64,000 nucleotides of DNA, from contig CM082577.2 of the NCBI GenBank assembly GCA_040954595.2, forward strand, positions 12,653,803-12,717,802, in the 5' to 3' direction. Below the pieces are notes generated by a model. It was given only the letters and a program-made list of their open reading frames with translations, made no database searches and had not been told where the DNA came from. The position numbers and the translations under genes are program-made. Of the stretch, positions 37,245-50,315 are shown piece after piece. Origin of the DNA: Balanoglossus misakiensis (Eukaryota; Animalia; Hemichordata). Positions within the stretch are counted from its first letter, which is position 1; each line of letters opens with the position of its first letter.

Positions 37245-37417
37245 CGCCGACACGTTATCTCTAAAATTGTTACAACGTCACAATTTAGTAGACAAAGAGG
37301 CGCCCCCCCCCCCATCCTAATTGCGCAGTTGAAGTACGTGCGTGTTGAGAGAGACGTGTCGACTCGAACACGGACGACGAGAGTTGTTTAGCGTGTCGAA
37401 CGCTGCTCTACGAAGCT
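37245..37417 (+). repeat. ~170-bp segment, inverted copy of 46477-46650
   Basis: cgacacgttatctctaaaattg...cgctgctctacgaagct is the reverse complement of agcttcgtagagcagcg...caattttagagataacgtgtcg with few mismatches. Confidence 0.85.
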
Positions 37418-40400
37418 CGTAAAATCTTCATTTCTGTATTGTGATAGGCCTACTTCTTTGAAATATAGTATGAAGCTTCCTAAAGGTTGTCTGAGTAACC
37501 ATAGTTTTGTTCAAATTGTTGCAAAATGTGCATATTTATAATTTTGAGCAATTTTGCCACTTTTCTTTAAAACCGCATGCCAGATTGCATTGCAATGTGG
37601 TAGGCATGTTCCTAGGGGTAACCTAAGTAATACATGTATGTTGTTAAAAATGTGATATTTTCATAAATGTGTTATTGGGGAAATTTTTGCAATTTTTGTC
37701 AAAAATTGTTTTCTCTGAAACCGCTTTACACATTTCGTTGAACTTTGGCAGGCATGGCCCTTGTAGTGATTGAAGTAAGATATTGTACAATTTTGGTGAT
37801 ATTTGCATATTTGTGATTTTTCCACTTTAGAACAAATATTTTCCGTAAAACTGGTTGTTAGATTGCTTTGATTTTTTTTCTCTGATTGCTTTGGAATTTA
37901 GGATACAATTTCATAACACATACATGTATAGATGCAACTTTTGTTCAATTCTGATATCAGAAGTATTCAATATTTAGCGAGTTTTTTGTAAGTTTCTTTG
38001 TTTTTGGTTAGCAAATGTTCTCCTAAACCAACTGTACAGTTGTTTTGAAAGTTACTGTTTACGAGGAGTTGTCACCCCCAACTTAGACGTGTTTACATAA
38101 CTTTAATAGGCCAGCTGTTACAGACACCACTAGCTATTAAATTTTTAATTACCAGTGGCAGGTCAGTGAGCGTCTTTGTTTATCTGTGTGTCTGTTCCAG
38201 GGCTGACCGAAAGAAGTTGCTTGTCATATGTGTTTGTACTGACTATTTTTGGTCAAAAATATTTTTTCTAGCACCACTTGTAAGACTGCCATGACACATG
38301 ACAGTTTATTGGGCGTGTTCCTTGTTATTTTTTTATATTCCATATTACTATATGATTAGATCATATCTGCTTGCAATGTCATCTGTAATTTTTATTCTGG
38401 TGTAGGCCTATCCCTATTTCTGCGTAATCCTCAAATGGGACCACAGTGTCCTTGACGGTATTTTTTAAGTTTTGCGACTGAACTACTCTATGCCCTAGGT
38501 AAGAACGTGAAAAACATGTACAACATAACGTCAACAGTAGAACAAACCTCCTAATTTAGCGACTGCCTACAATATGTCTGCGCACGCTCAGACCCTGTAT
38601 TTGCATATAGTGACGTCCCCTGGCATGGAAATGCGGAAGTATTTGTCGAAGTTCGCTTTCTGATGTTATCGGCCTGTTATTGCCGTTATATACATTGACT
38701 TTCGGGTATTTTCGGTTTGAACTTGTACGTCACATCCTCCCTTCCAGCATGGCGTCGTGTGAACACGGTAAGTTAAAAATTTCAGTCGAATTTCATGAAA
38801 ATCCGTGTGACCATTTGCCCGCCATGCTTCGAATCAACATAACAAGCAATAGAACGTACCAGTTTAAAAACCATCGATCTGAACCTTCTATATGTCAATT
38901 GACCTGTTGTTTCATGTTCCCTATACAGTGTTGAACGAAACAATGTCTTCAAACAGCAGATTATCTAATGGTGGACAATGGGGGATTGTTTTGCGAATGG
39001 TTTGCTCACTTCCGGTGTGCTAGATTTGTCAAAGCGCGTTTTCACGTGTACGGGTATAGGTTCATGCATGTACCTATTTCAATTGAACTTGTTTTCCAAT
39101 GTTTTTAAAGGATCGGGTGGGTGACTCTGCTTTCTGAACCGTACCTCTTTCTTCCCCAACAGGTCCAACTACACGTGGTCCTAGTGAGATGTCACGATTT
39201 ATAACAGTACTATGATGGTAGCCTTCTGTCAACTGCATTTCTAGTTTCATTTCATGTTTGTAATGTGTGGTTCAGTTGCTATTTATCTACATTACACAGA
39301 GACTATGAAGCCCTTTCTGAATTCCATTGTTCTCAATAAATTACACAAACACGTGATGTACAGAAATGAATATATTTAAATCTTTATTTCTTAAAACCTG
39401 GCAACAAACAAACAAATAAATATATGCATGTATATATGTTTGTATAAACATGAATAAATATTTCAACTTTTAATAAAAATATGGTCTCTTGATTCATTTT
39501 TGACCAGCCCCCATCCCCCATCATTAATTCTACTAATGTAAATGTTACTGTATAATATCAATTTCTGAATCAATTAGAAAATTTATTTATAAGAGAAAGT
39601 GTAAATTTAGTAACAAGCTATCCCGTGTAAAATTGGTAGCACCCATCTATCTGGTGTGAACTTGAAAACACTGACAACAACAAATATTCATTATCAAACA
39701 TAAATAAATAAGAATAAACTAAGTCCTCTGACTCTATAACTAAAAGAACAACTATGGAAACATGTTCATTACTCTACTGTCCTGTAAATTCAGCCTCCAA
39801 GGTTCTTGGAGAAAACATGGCTGCATGTGTTACACTCTGTGCTGGTTCCTTGTCGTTTGGAGTTGGCTCAAGTGGCATCACAAGATTGCCGTCTCTGTCG
39901 ATGGTCTCCACTGTTCCCACATATTTAATTATCTGACCATTTTAAGGATCTTCGATGGCTTTTTGGCTGCCGTAGACTAGATTAATCTTCTCACTTCTGA
40001 TGTAAACCAAAATATCCTCTCGGGTGCACACATGATACTGGGAAACCTGGGAATTGAGTAAATTGGATATCATCGTCAGTTGTGCGGTGTTAGTCAAAAA
40101 TCATATTTTAAAATATTTTATATTTATATTTATACACATACATTTATACACAAATGTATCAAAAACAATGTTGAACAAAAATAATGGTTGTCATTATCTA
40201 ACTTAATAAACAAAAGAACACACCTACTACCCTACTACCCTAAAAAAAATCAAAACTCGCCCCTTTCTTTAGCCCTCTTCTGTGTTTGTTTGCATAATTT
40301 AGACGGTGTCGCTTGTTCACTAAATATTCTTTAACTTTAATATTTAACTTCTACTTGCCGTAAGTCTTCTTATTCCCCACTTCACTATTCCTGTCTGGTG

Positions 40401-42652
40401 TCTTTTCATTTGACTGAAGGTGAAAAGTTTAAAGACATTGTTAATGCGCATGACACACATACAGTAAATAATAAGGTATAAATATAAATATGTAAACAGC
40501 GTCAACAACGTTATTATGTTCAAATACTACTATCTGATGATGCGGACAAACAACTTTGCTCACTGGACGATGCTGACATGGTCATGGTAATTATCTGATC
40601 ACATGCTTTGTTTATCAACGTACACCCAGGTATTTCAGGCTATAACTATGGCGAAATCTGTGTGTAACGCTATTCAACCGATTTAAATCGTTAAAAAAAA
40701 CACGGTGTATTCTAGAAAGTCTTGATAGTGACGGTATGGTGTTCGTATAACAGCATGTCAAAGTTCCGCGAACACAGTGTATGTACACACCGGCATTTCC
40801 TTTCAATGGCTCTCCATTTCTTCCAGATAATACAAAAAACACAATCAATGAATGTTCTAAACACAATACGGCCAATTCAAATTATCATGAAAATGGTTGC
40901 TTCATTATCCTGCCCGGGAAAGACTGGGTCGATTATCCACGCAACAGACACTAGACCGTCGACTGCCACGTGATGTTCCATAACCTGGGTCAGATGACGT
41001 GACCTTTGTTCAGCTTCCGGAAATCACTACATATCGCACATGCGCGTTGGAGCTAAACACTGAAGTAGTTGCGCATACGCAAGTCGCCAAATCATGAGGT
41101 TTGTTCTACTGGTCAACCCAAATGTTTCTTAGTTTATCAACAGTCCGATGTATCGTTCGGAGATCATGTAAATTTGCTTCCTGGCAGCCGTGAAAGTCGC
41201 CGAACATAAACATGAGAACCACATCATCCTGTCATCATTAGACAATAGCCACTGTTTTATAGGTGTGTGATTTTGTGCTGTAAAAGTATCATCTAAATCT
41301 GCTTTCTGGCAGCCGTGAAAGTCGCCGAACGTAACCATGAACTCAAAGACTGTCTGTGATGAACCATATCACCCCAGGTGGCGTGGGTCACGACGTCACT
41401 TCCGGTTTAACCGGCTGTTCATGAGCAAAACATGGCCGACCAAGCAGTGTCACGCGTGTAGCTTTCTGTGCGAAATCGACTTATGTTTTCGTATGTTATA
41501 TAAATGAAACTCCGTTTGAACATAAAACCAATCCAATTGTTATAAGTTCATGTGTCTTTGCATCGTTCTATGAGGAAAGTACTATCGACTTTGTTCCGAG
41601 TCGTAATTTTTTGGTGTTTTTTAACTCCGTATGTCAGCTGGCATCATGGCGTACTGTTGCCAACGATCGTACTCGAGCGACGTAGTTTGAAGTCAGCAGG
41701 CAGACTAAACAGCGAGCGCACAGCTTTGTTATTTGTATATTTTGAAAGACTAATATGTAATGTGCATGAAATTGCGTGGGAGCCCCAAAGCGCCCCTTTT
41801 ATTTTATCGATTTCATCGTATTTAGAAACTATACTATCTCATAGCCGCCTAACACATCCCTATCCGTATGTGAAGGCCGTGGCGATTGCAACTTACTGTA
41901 AATACCAAATTTTAGATTAACCCTATTACAATCAACAAGTTCCTAAAAAAGACCAACGACATTCCGCTCGCTTCGGTACCATTCCAGAGGCAGTTCAATT
42001 TTCTTTCAAGCACTTACAGAGGATATTTTGTGTGCAAGTAAAGGACGCGCGCCGTTTGACTTGCGTAACTAACCACATATTTACCAACATACATTGTATT
42101 TCTTGTACTCATTGTGCGTAAAATAAAAAAATAATCTTTTGGTTTTCGTTTATTTGCGGTTTGGTATGAGATTTTTTTAAACACTGTACATATTTGAGGA
42201 AAAAACTGCGCTGTAATAGAACGAATCGAAAAGCTGCAACGGTATGTTGGCCTACGGTAAGGCTTTTCACGCTCGGCGGCGTCCATGCACCTACGCACCG
42301 TCGGCGTGTGCGCATAGCCCCGCGGCCAGTACATAGATCATTACAAAATTTACGATTGCTTCCGAATAGACTGTCAAGCGAGCCAAAAATATCACAGAAA
42401 ACGAACTTGGTACCAATCTGTGCACAACTGAATGTCCGGTGTCCCAAAACTCGAAAATATCCCACGTAAACAGTTCAAAGAAAGTGATCGGCCAGACACA
42501 TCAAACGGCCAGCCGTAGGTCAAATGAAAGCTTACTCATGTTGGAACTCCCATGGTGCTTTGCGCGTGACCCACACCACTTTATATCACCCTTCAGACAA
42601 TAGCCACTGTGTGTGATTTGGTGCTGTAAAAGTTGAGAGTACAATGTATTTA

Positions 42653-42793
42653 GAGAATAATGAACGCCCCAAAGACCCATAATGGACGAAAGCACACATT
42701 GTGCGTCATAATATACGGGGCGAAGCCGAGTATATTATGGAGCACAATGTGTGCTTGAGTCCATTATGGGTCTTTGGGGCGTTCATTATTCTC
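42653..42793. repeat. ~140-bp near-perfect hairpin with gcGAAgc apex, probably one end of a non-autonomous element extending to ~43660
   Basis: gagaataatgaacgccccaaagacccataatggac...gtccattatgggtctttggggcgttcattattctc; flank 42795-42830 is inverted relative to 43625-43658. Confidence 0.8.
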
Positions 42794-45330
42794 ATTATTT
42801 TATAGTTTTGTCAATGCCAGTGAATTTGCAGACTTCAAAAAGTATAGGTGCGAACAATTCAGACTCGGACACGGAGATCGAGAACAGAGCAATGACGTAC
42901 GCGTAAACAAAAGGTCACCTGATCGTGGTGTGTCAGTGTACTGTACATTTCTAGTATCATATTCAAACATCAGCAAATAAATAATGAAGGTTTATTTACG
43001 CATGTGAAAATTCATTTAAGGGTTCTGCTGAAATATATCTGAAAAAGTTTCGATTTTTGTGTAATCTTGGGGAGGACTCGGGGAATATTTGAATTCGTTT
43101 ACGTTCTCAGGATAGTTCACGTATACGGGCGCTCGGAAGGTTGCAATACATAAACAAACTCGCCCTCGATCGACCCTCCGTACCGCGTAGACAACATGAC
43201 AAATGACACTTGCGGCATATTTTTTTTTTTACGTATAGCTTCGTTGACATGACTGCTTGGTACATGGTACACGGTATGTATGGTGAACGAATGTCAAATC
43301 CAGCATCATGGAGAGGTTTGCTTTACGTGCGTGAGCGAGCCATGTTGACTGCGCGTGATTCAAGAGCAGACGACATGTACTGCAGCCGTAGGAAGAAAAA
43401 ATAAACAAAACGCCAGTCGAGGACAGATTTGGAAATTAATAAATATCGCCGTATTTATTCTGTGTACGTTTGCATTTCTTTTTTAGCCCTTAAAATGTTC
43501 GCATTGTTTGAAATCCTCCGTTATTCAGTCGGAAATTGTACACGTCCACTGGTTCTTGGGCGCGTCGCGCGTCCATCGAATAACACGATACATTATCAGT
43601 AATAATGTATAGCTATGACGTCACAAAATTCACTGGTATTGATTAAGCTATAATATAATACATAACAAGAGTCACCTTCACTTCACAGAGTTTGGTTAAT
43701 GAGCGTGTGTCGATTTATCCTAGTACCTATCAGTATTTCGTACGCTTCTCTTCCAAAACTACGCCTAGCCTCACTCATGCCACTGGCCCAATACATGTAA
43801 AACCTCATACCCCTTGCTGGGAATTGTGATGTAACTAGTCCCTCTGAAGTCAATCAGAGACTTTGTTTTTCCAATGATTGGACAAAGAATATACATATGA
43901 ATAATTAAGGATTGGTAACATTTTATATTCAAATTAGCCCTGCCTTAACTCACTATAACCTTACCCAATCACCACTGTTCAGTTTATGTGATTGACTACA
44001 ATGGCATGATTGAGGCTATGCATAGTTTTGGAAGCAAAGCGGACAAAATACGGATAGGTACAAGGCTAGTGTCGATTACGAATGAAGGACTATTTTTTTG
44101 AAAGTAGAAGACTTTACCATCAGAATTTCCCCTGTCGGGCCTACCAGGTAAGTGTCATGACTGCAGATTATTATCAACAGTGAATTCTATAGATACACTG
44201 TCGTTTTGTACTGATCATTGCCAACCGGTTTCAACTTGTCTGTATGCTGTGAAATCTTTATGAGCCATCATGTACATGTACCTTCATAGGGTTTGCGGAT
44301 TTCGGCTATTTAAATTGAAGAAGTATAATCACGGAGGAGGTGGGGTCCTTCTATCATATCGGGGCAGGGTTAGACAGGCAATTGGTCTAGCTATACCGCA
44401 TCCGTTCTGCGCCGATCGCGAAGCTTTGAATGGAAGCTTTTCAATATAAACCCAACGTCATATCCGTGTACGTTTTATAAACTTCTTGAAGTTAAGAACA
44501 GTCACGTGCTTGCAATATATCTTTTTCCTGGTGATGGACAACTTGTTTGTTTCGCACTAATTTTGGAAGGTTTGGGTGGGGAGTCAGGCATTCCACCACT
44601 CTGGCAGTGATTTATGCATCGGTAAGGGAACAATTGCCGTGATGGCTTTGGGGTACGTAATATGCCCCACTCGCCTTTATGTCTACTGCTCATGAATATT
44701 CTGGTGGTAGCAGGGCTGCTAACATTAAAGTTATTAATAGCAGAGTTCCAATCTACATTTCCCCACTCGTCTTATCATTTGCTAATCCAGAATAAAAGCT
44801 ATCGCATTTCCCATTAAGCACCTGCTAGTGACTTGGTAATCTGTGTGCCCCATCCACGGATTAATTTGATAAAGTAAACATCGGTCAGTAACATGCATGT
44901 TTAATGGGTAACTTGGGGAGGGGGTACAGGCCGGCAGGGAGGGGGGGGACAGGGTTACTACCATGGACTCAATTCATGGACGGGTTTCCAGTCGTTTGGG
45001 CCCTCAAGCTTTACGACCCCAGTCGTTTCGTCACTTATCGACAGCCTTGAGTTACATATTGTACTTCGTAAAATGTATGTATTTTTTCGTAAGACTGTTA
45101 TAAAAGTTATAGAGGTAACGCTAGCACCATGAACGTACAACACGGTAGTACGAAGGAATTTCGTAGAAAAATGAAAAATAAAAAGCCTCCATTCTTTGAA
45201 GAGTCTTTTTGAAAACCATACGAAAACAAGGTGTCTTCCGGCCGTCTTGTGGGCCAGGGACTAGGGACACAGTTGCTACACGGTGCCAGGGATTTGAGAA
45301 CAGTTGCTTATGGATATACATAAAGTATCA

Positions 45331-45592
45331 TTATATTACCATGGCCTGTGCGTCGCATTTTAATTGGTCTAGATGAACGACGTCACTGACCACAAATACT
45401 CAGTAATGGTTTGTTTACATGCCCGTAAATCTGAATAGTAATATTAGCAAACTGTTCAGTGAATACAACATTTTGCGTAACAAGTTCCGGGGCCCTATAG
45501 TCTTTTGCATGGGACATTTTCGTAAAATTTAACGTTTTCCTGAGTTCGTTGGTAATATAATGGAAATAACCGACTCCGCCCTGACCATTAAC
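45331..45592 (+). repeat. Dispersed repeat also at 50631-50895 and mirrored at ~62647-62910
   Basis: attatattaccatggcc..gtgcgtcgcattttaattggtc..gccctgaccattaa shared. Confidence 0.8.
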
Positions 45593-45629
45593 GTTATAGC
45601 TGACCACAGCGTAATCGAGGGACTGTCAG

Positions 45630-46565
45630 CTGAAGTAGTGCTTGTTGAGAGAGACGTGTCGACCTGGACATTTGCGCTTGAACGACTGGGTTCCTCCCGA
45701 TGGGTTTGCCGATTGCCGCACGCCGGCGGGTATGAAAGTGTAGGCTAAGACGTCGATCCACCGGCCGGCTGCACCGCTCCCAACATGACCAGCTCCACGC
45801 CACATTCAGGTGCACTGCAGTCGGATATCCCACCCCGGCTGCCGAACAGCATATGAAGAAGCCTTTTCTAGTCAAAGTGTACACGTTTTTAACGTTGGGG
45901 TTTTCGGAATGGAAAATAGCGGAGCAAGAACATGGATATATACTAAATCATGAACGCCAAACAAACGCGTTGAAAAAGCCAGATCTGAAAAAAATTCACT
46001 TGGCGTCCGCCGCTGGGCGCGATGACGCGTCAACGTTATTTTTCAAACAACGTAACCTGTCACGATTGCTGCCACAAACAACACGTTCATGCGTAGGTCG
46101 AGAAAGTTCCCAAGCGGCTGGGTGATCGCTGCAAGGTTAGCGGCGGCCTCGCACGCCCGAATTTGCCACAAAACTATCAGTCCACACAGCAGTGCGGTTC
46201 AAACTCTTCCGTCGTATTTATTTCAACATAATTTCAGAATACAACACGGCAGTTTGGTACATGGTCTCTAACCTTCACTGCTAATTCTCATATCAATCGT
46301 CTGTCTTCGCAAAACGCCGATTCTCTAAATGAAAGTTCATCAGACGGGATACACTGCAACCCGCGGCACTAGGAACGGCAAAATTCAATTCTCTGCTTCA
46401 AAGGAATCTAACGACCTGAAGTGGGAGGAACCCAGTCCGTTCAAGCGCAAATGTCCCGGTCAGAAGGTAACTACAAGCTTCGTAGAGCAGCGTTCAACAC
46501 GCTAGACAACTCTCGTCGTCCGAGTTCGAGTCGACACGCCTCTCTCAACACGCACGTACTTCAAC
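45630..46565. mobile_element. ~0.9-kb element with imperfect terminal inverted repeats
   Basis: gttgagagagacgtgtcgac..gacatttgcgcttgaacgactgggttcctccc vs gggaggaacccagtccgttcaagcgcaaatgtc..gtcgacacgcctctctcaac. Confidence 0.55.
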
Positions 46566-47001
46566 TGCGCAATCGGGATGGGGGGGGGGGGGGGCGGCTC
46601 TTTGTCTACTAAATTGTGATGTTGTTACAATTTTAGAGATAACGTGTCGCCGGCACCCCATCTGAGCTGCTACAAAAAATGACAGCATCTCTCACATCAA
46701 CTAACACACTGAGTTTTGTGTCTTTCAGAAAGTTCAATACATTTAAATGGAGTGCATCAAATTTTGCTTTTCCGCCTTGGCACTTTGCAGCTTCTTGTCT
46801 GTGTTGGCACTCATCACTATCTTTGATTCTGCCTCAATCCTACTCAGCGAGTCTCTGGAACCTTCGAATTCGTCATTGGATGTGAACACGTAAGTCGTCT
46901 TAACACGCATGCAATAAACACGATTATATTATATCATGCTACCTTCCGCCATTCTGATTGGACGAGAGCGACTGTAAAATACTATTTAACCACCAATTTG
47001 A

Positions 47002-47186
47002 AAATGGTATCACCCACACCAAGGTGGGCGGAAGTTGGTCCTGACGCTTTTTTCCCATGATTCAAATAACAGTAAAAGCCATATTGGAAATTGTGCCAAC
47101 TTTCCCTCGATTTTGTAAAATAAATCGCGTGACTTATACATGGCGAATATGTTTTACTCTGAAAGAGAGACCTCAAAGCTACCAAT
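47002..47186 (+). mobile_element. Fragment of the same MITE family as 1586-2203
   Basis: aatggtatcacccacaccaaggtgggcggaagttg...gaaagagagacctcaaagctacc matches 1989-2170. Confidence 0.8.
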
Positions 47187-47238
47187 TTAAGAAAATGACA
47201 CTGATATGCCACAAAACCAATCGTTGATATACTATAAT

Positions 47239-47379
47239 AGCAATAACCCCGCCTCAGTCGGGTATACACTCGATTTGGGTACAATTCGCTCCATATAGCA
47301 CTCGCCTGACGGCTCGTGCTATATGTCTCGAATTGTACCAAAATCTCGTGTATACCCGCCTATGGCGGGGGTTATTGCT
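47239..47379. repeat. ~140-bp imperfect hairpin
   Basis: agcaataaccccgcc..gggtatacac..gtacaattcg..atatagcac / gtgctatat..cgaattgtac..gtgtataccc..ggcgggggttattgct. Confidence 0.8.
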
Positions 47380-47746
47380 TAATCATACTCAGGCACGTAC
47401 TGCGATATTCAAAGCATGATATCACATTATATTATTTTCAACATTTTCATCAGAAAAAAAATCACAGCCAATCCCAAAAAGTCTTGACCGTGTTTTAAAA
47501 TGTCTTCTTCACCCATATAATGCGTGCAGCGTTGTAGATTTACCAATACCCACAACTCCAAGCCAAGATCTGTGCGGTTTCTGTCCAGACGGTATAAAAC
47601 TTGCGAAAACTCTTGAAGAATTGCGGTAAGAAATCGGCAAATCTAATCCGTTATAAACATTTTACCAAATCTTTACCAATCTACACCATCGAGGACATTT
47701 CAACATCCGACATTACAATTATTTTAAAACCAAAATCTTTCTAATG

Positions 47747-48048
47747 TGTGCTGTTCCGATCACCCGACCTACCCTCATTTTTACCCGCCGACCCTAAACT
47801 TTTTAGAGCTTCGTAAACTCGGAAGTAACATTAACGATGTGAAATATACGAAACAGGTGAAAATCACGTGAATCACGCGAGAACTATGACGAAATCGCGC
47901 GCACCACGCAAGAACTATAACGTCATTTTCTATACTATGGCGGCCAGAGAAATAAAAAAAATCGCAAAATAAAAAAAATTCTCTACCTACCTACCGTATT
48001 TTTGAAAATCATGTAATCGGAACAGCACATATTATTTTTTGACCTTAA
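47747..48048. mobile_element. Small TIR element
   Basis: tgtgctgttccgat ... atcggaacagcaca, ending gacc|ttaa. Confidence 0.55.
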
Positions 48049-48308
48049 CACAGAGATATAAGATATACATCAATTTGATGTCCAGTGGAGTCTAGAAAGT
48101 GAAATGACGACTAGTAAAATTGAATCATTTGTATGTTGTGTGTACCTTCCATTCTGATTCTGGGCGGAGTCTTGACTGTTGATCTTTGTTATCGGTGTTC
48201 CGTTGCTGAGGTCTGCCCCAGCAATAGACTGTCTCACAGCCCACGGTTCGCTACAAGGCTCTTTACTGACGCGCCCTCAACCGTTTAGCAAATGAGAAGC
48301 CCCATATA

Positions 48309-48694
48309 TAGTCTGGTTCCCTTCCCCAATCCCACCGCTGGCTGCGCTACGCTAAAGGGAAAGGGGTCAGGTACGGCCCGATTTCAAGCTCAGAAACCTG
48401 GGAAGACCACGTGATCATAAACAAGATGGATGCCTCCAATTTCCGTACGCCAGTCAAGATTCATCCAGGCAGTTTATTTTGTTTCATTTGTCGTAAAGTT
48501 GGAAATCGAATGATAAACATTCATGGAGGTGAAGGAGAGAACGGGAAATGAGTACTAAGTATCTTACGACAACTTAACAACTTCATGCTCGTATTTATTA
48601 ACCAATGAGAGCCATGTTTACAATAGGCCGTGCCTGACCCTTTCCCTTTAGCGTAGCGCAGCCAGCGGTGGGATTGGGACAGGGGACTAGACTA
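48309..48694. mobile_element. 386-bp MITE, ~65-bp TIRs, probable 9-bp TSD, nested in an older inverted-repeat element (~48225-48790)
   Basis: tagtct..caatcccaccgctggctgcgctacgctaaaggga / tccctttagcgtagcgcagccagcggtgggattg..agacta; flanks ccccatata / cctcatata. Confidence 0.75.
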
Positions 48695-49054
48695 CCTCAT
48701 ATAGTGTTGTGTAGCGAACCTCTCGCCGGGCACACATGCAATCAGACTATAAGCCTGCATGGATGGCGAGAGGGGCTGTGAGAGAGTTTACCTCTGCAAC
48801 AGAAAACAAACAGTGAAGGCTAGGCAACGCAAAGGTTAAGATGTTGCCTATCTCTTTATTGTATTTTTATCAGATTGTTTTCAGTACACGATTATTGCTG
48901 GGATAATTTTCTCCCAGTGTGCGCTGATTCAATCTTTTGACCATTATATGCTAATCGCCTGTGTTAAGAAAGGGTCATGGGCACACGCGAGTTAACTTTA
49001 GTTTGTTGGACTTTGAGAGTGAAACTTGTTGTAACCTTCTCTTCTTTAAAAAAG

Positions 49055-49645
49055 GAACCACGTATCCATGGTGACGGATCTCGAAAGTTCGCTGGCTATA
49101 TACAAAAGTCACGTCAAACCTGAGAAGATGGGTTTCAGACAAAATAGCAGCTGGCAAGCAGGAGCGCCCCCAAGCGGTTTATATCGGGACTACTATGACG
49201 CTTACTTGTACACTGTGAAGCCCCAGAAGAGTTGTGCATTGGTCGGCAGTAGTGGCATTCTAAACAACAGTAACTGCGGACATGAAATCAATGCGCATGA
49301 CTTCGTGATGCGAATAAACTTGGCGACTGTCATGGGACACGAAAAGGATGTCGGCAATAGGACTGATTTGGTCGCTGTGAATAACATTGCTATGCATCAT
49401 TTGGGGTCCCATTTGCAACAAAGAAAGAATGCCAAGCTACGCAGATATGGTCGATACTTAAACGCCTTAAAAAGTATAAACAACGGCATACTGTGGATTC
49501 CATACAACATGTCAACACGTGTGACGCTCATGAAAACAGCCGAAGATAAATTGAAATACACAGTTCAGGACACGATTGGTAGAAGGAAATATTCGTTCAA
49601 AGTCGCCTACGCCCCTGTCCCTGTGTGGCCGGAGCTTACGCACAA
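49055..49645 (+). CDS. GT29 sialyltransferase (ST8Sia-like) exon with sialylmotif L; upstream exons not identified
   Basis: CALVGSSGILNNSNCGHEINAHDFVMRINLA...DVGNRT; donor AA|gtaag. Confidence 0.85.
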
Positions 49646-50065
49646 GTAAGACATTTATATAATATTAAATCGTTATGTTTTTTTACTTTATATTCTTCGA
49701 TATCAAATGACGTCAAACGCGCTCAGACGGCAGCTATGTTGGCATTCAAATTTCCAGATAACGGGCAACTTCAACAACGTGGTCCAGACAAAGACAGTGC
49801 AGACGAAACGCCATGAGGCTGATAAGGCACCTGATACATGTTACGTGTCTGGCGGTTGTAAAGTACTCGGAAAAAAAGTTTTTACTGGATGCCGAAATAT
49901 TGCTTGCCCGTCATCTGGAAATGACAACGCTGTTGGTCACATAGCCCGATCACGTGATTGATAGTACAGAATTTAAAAAAAAAGAACAGTTATCGTCCGT
50001 CAGCACTTGAACTGAACATTTGTGACTTGTCTTGTTAATTTTAACCCGCTTATTTTTCATTTCAG

Positions 50066-50315
50066 TATTTGGAACAATACGGGGACAAGCGAAGGATTTA
50101 TCATGCTGACGGTTGCCACGCTGTTCTGTGAGGAAATTCATTTGTACGGATTTTGGCCATTCCCTCAAGATCGAGACGGAAATGACATCAGCCACCATTA
50201 TTATGAGCAAGTTTCGTACAAGAAAAGAAAAATGACAATGCCGAACGAATTCCACATCCTACAAGATTTATACAGACGGGGAGTTATCAAACTCGTGACT
50301 AACAAATGTATATGA
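50066..50315 (+). CDS. Sialyltransferase last exon (motifs S, III, VS; C-terminal Cys typical of ST8Sia)
   Basis: TSEGFIMLTVATLFCEEIHLYGFWPF, HHYYE, MPNEF..L...GVIKL...KC*; phase matches the previous exon. Confidence 0.85.

Noticed and set aside
39700-40960. Possible decayed minus-strand exons with good-looking acceptors (~40047, ~40413)
   Set aside because: Multiple stops in all frames and no family motif I could identify
44080-44153. Strong CAG|GTAAGT donor as an upstream sialyltransferase exon
   Set aside because: The phase-compatible frame hits a stop ~60 nt upstream, and no transmembrane segment or clear acceptor was found
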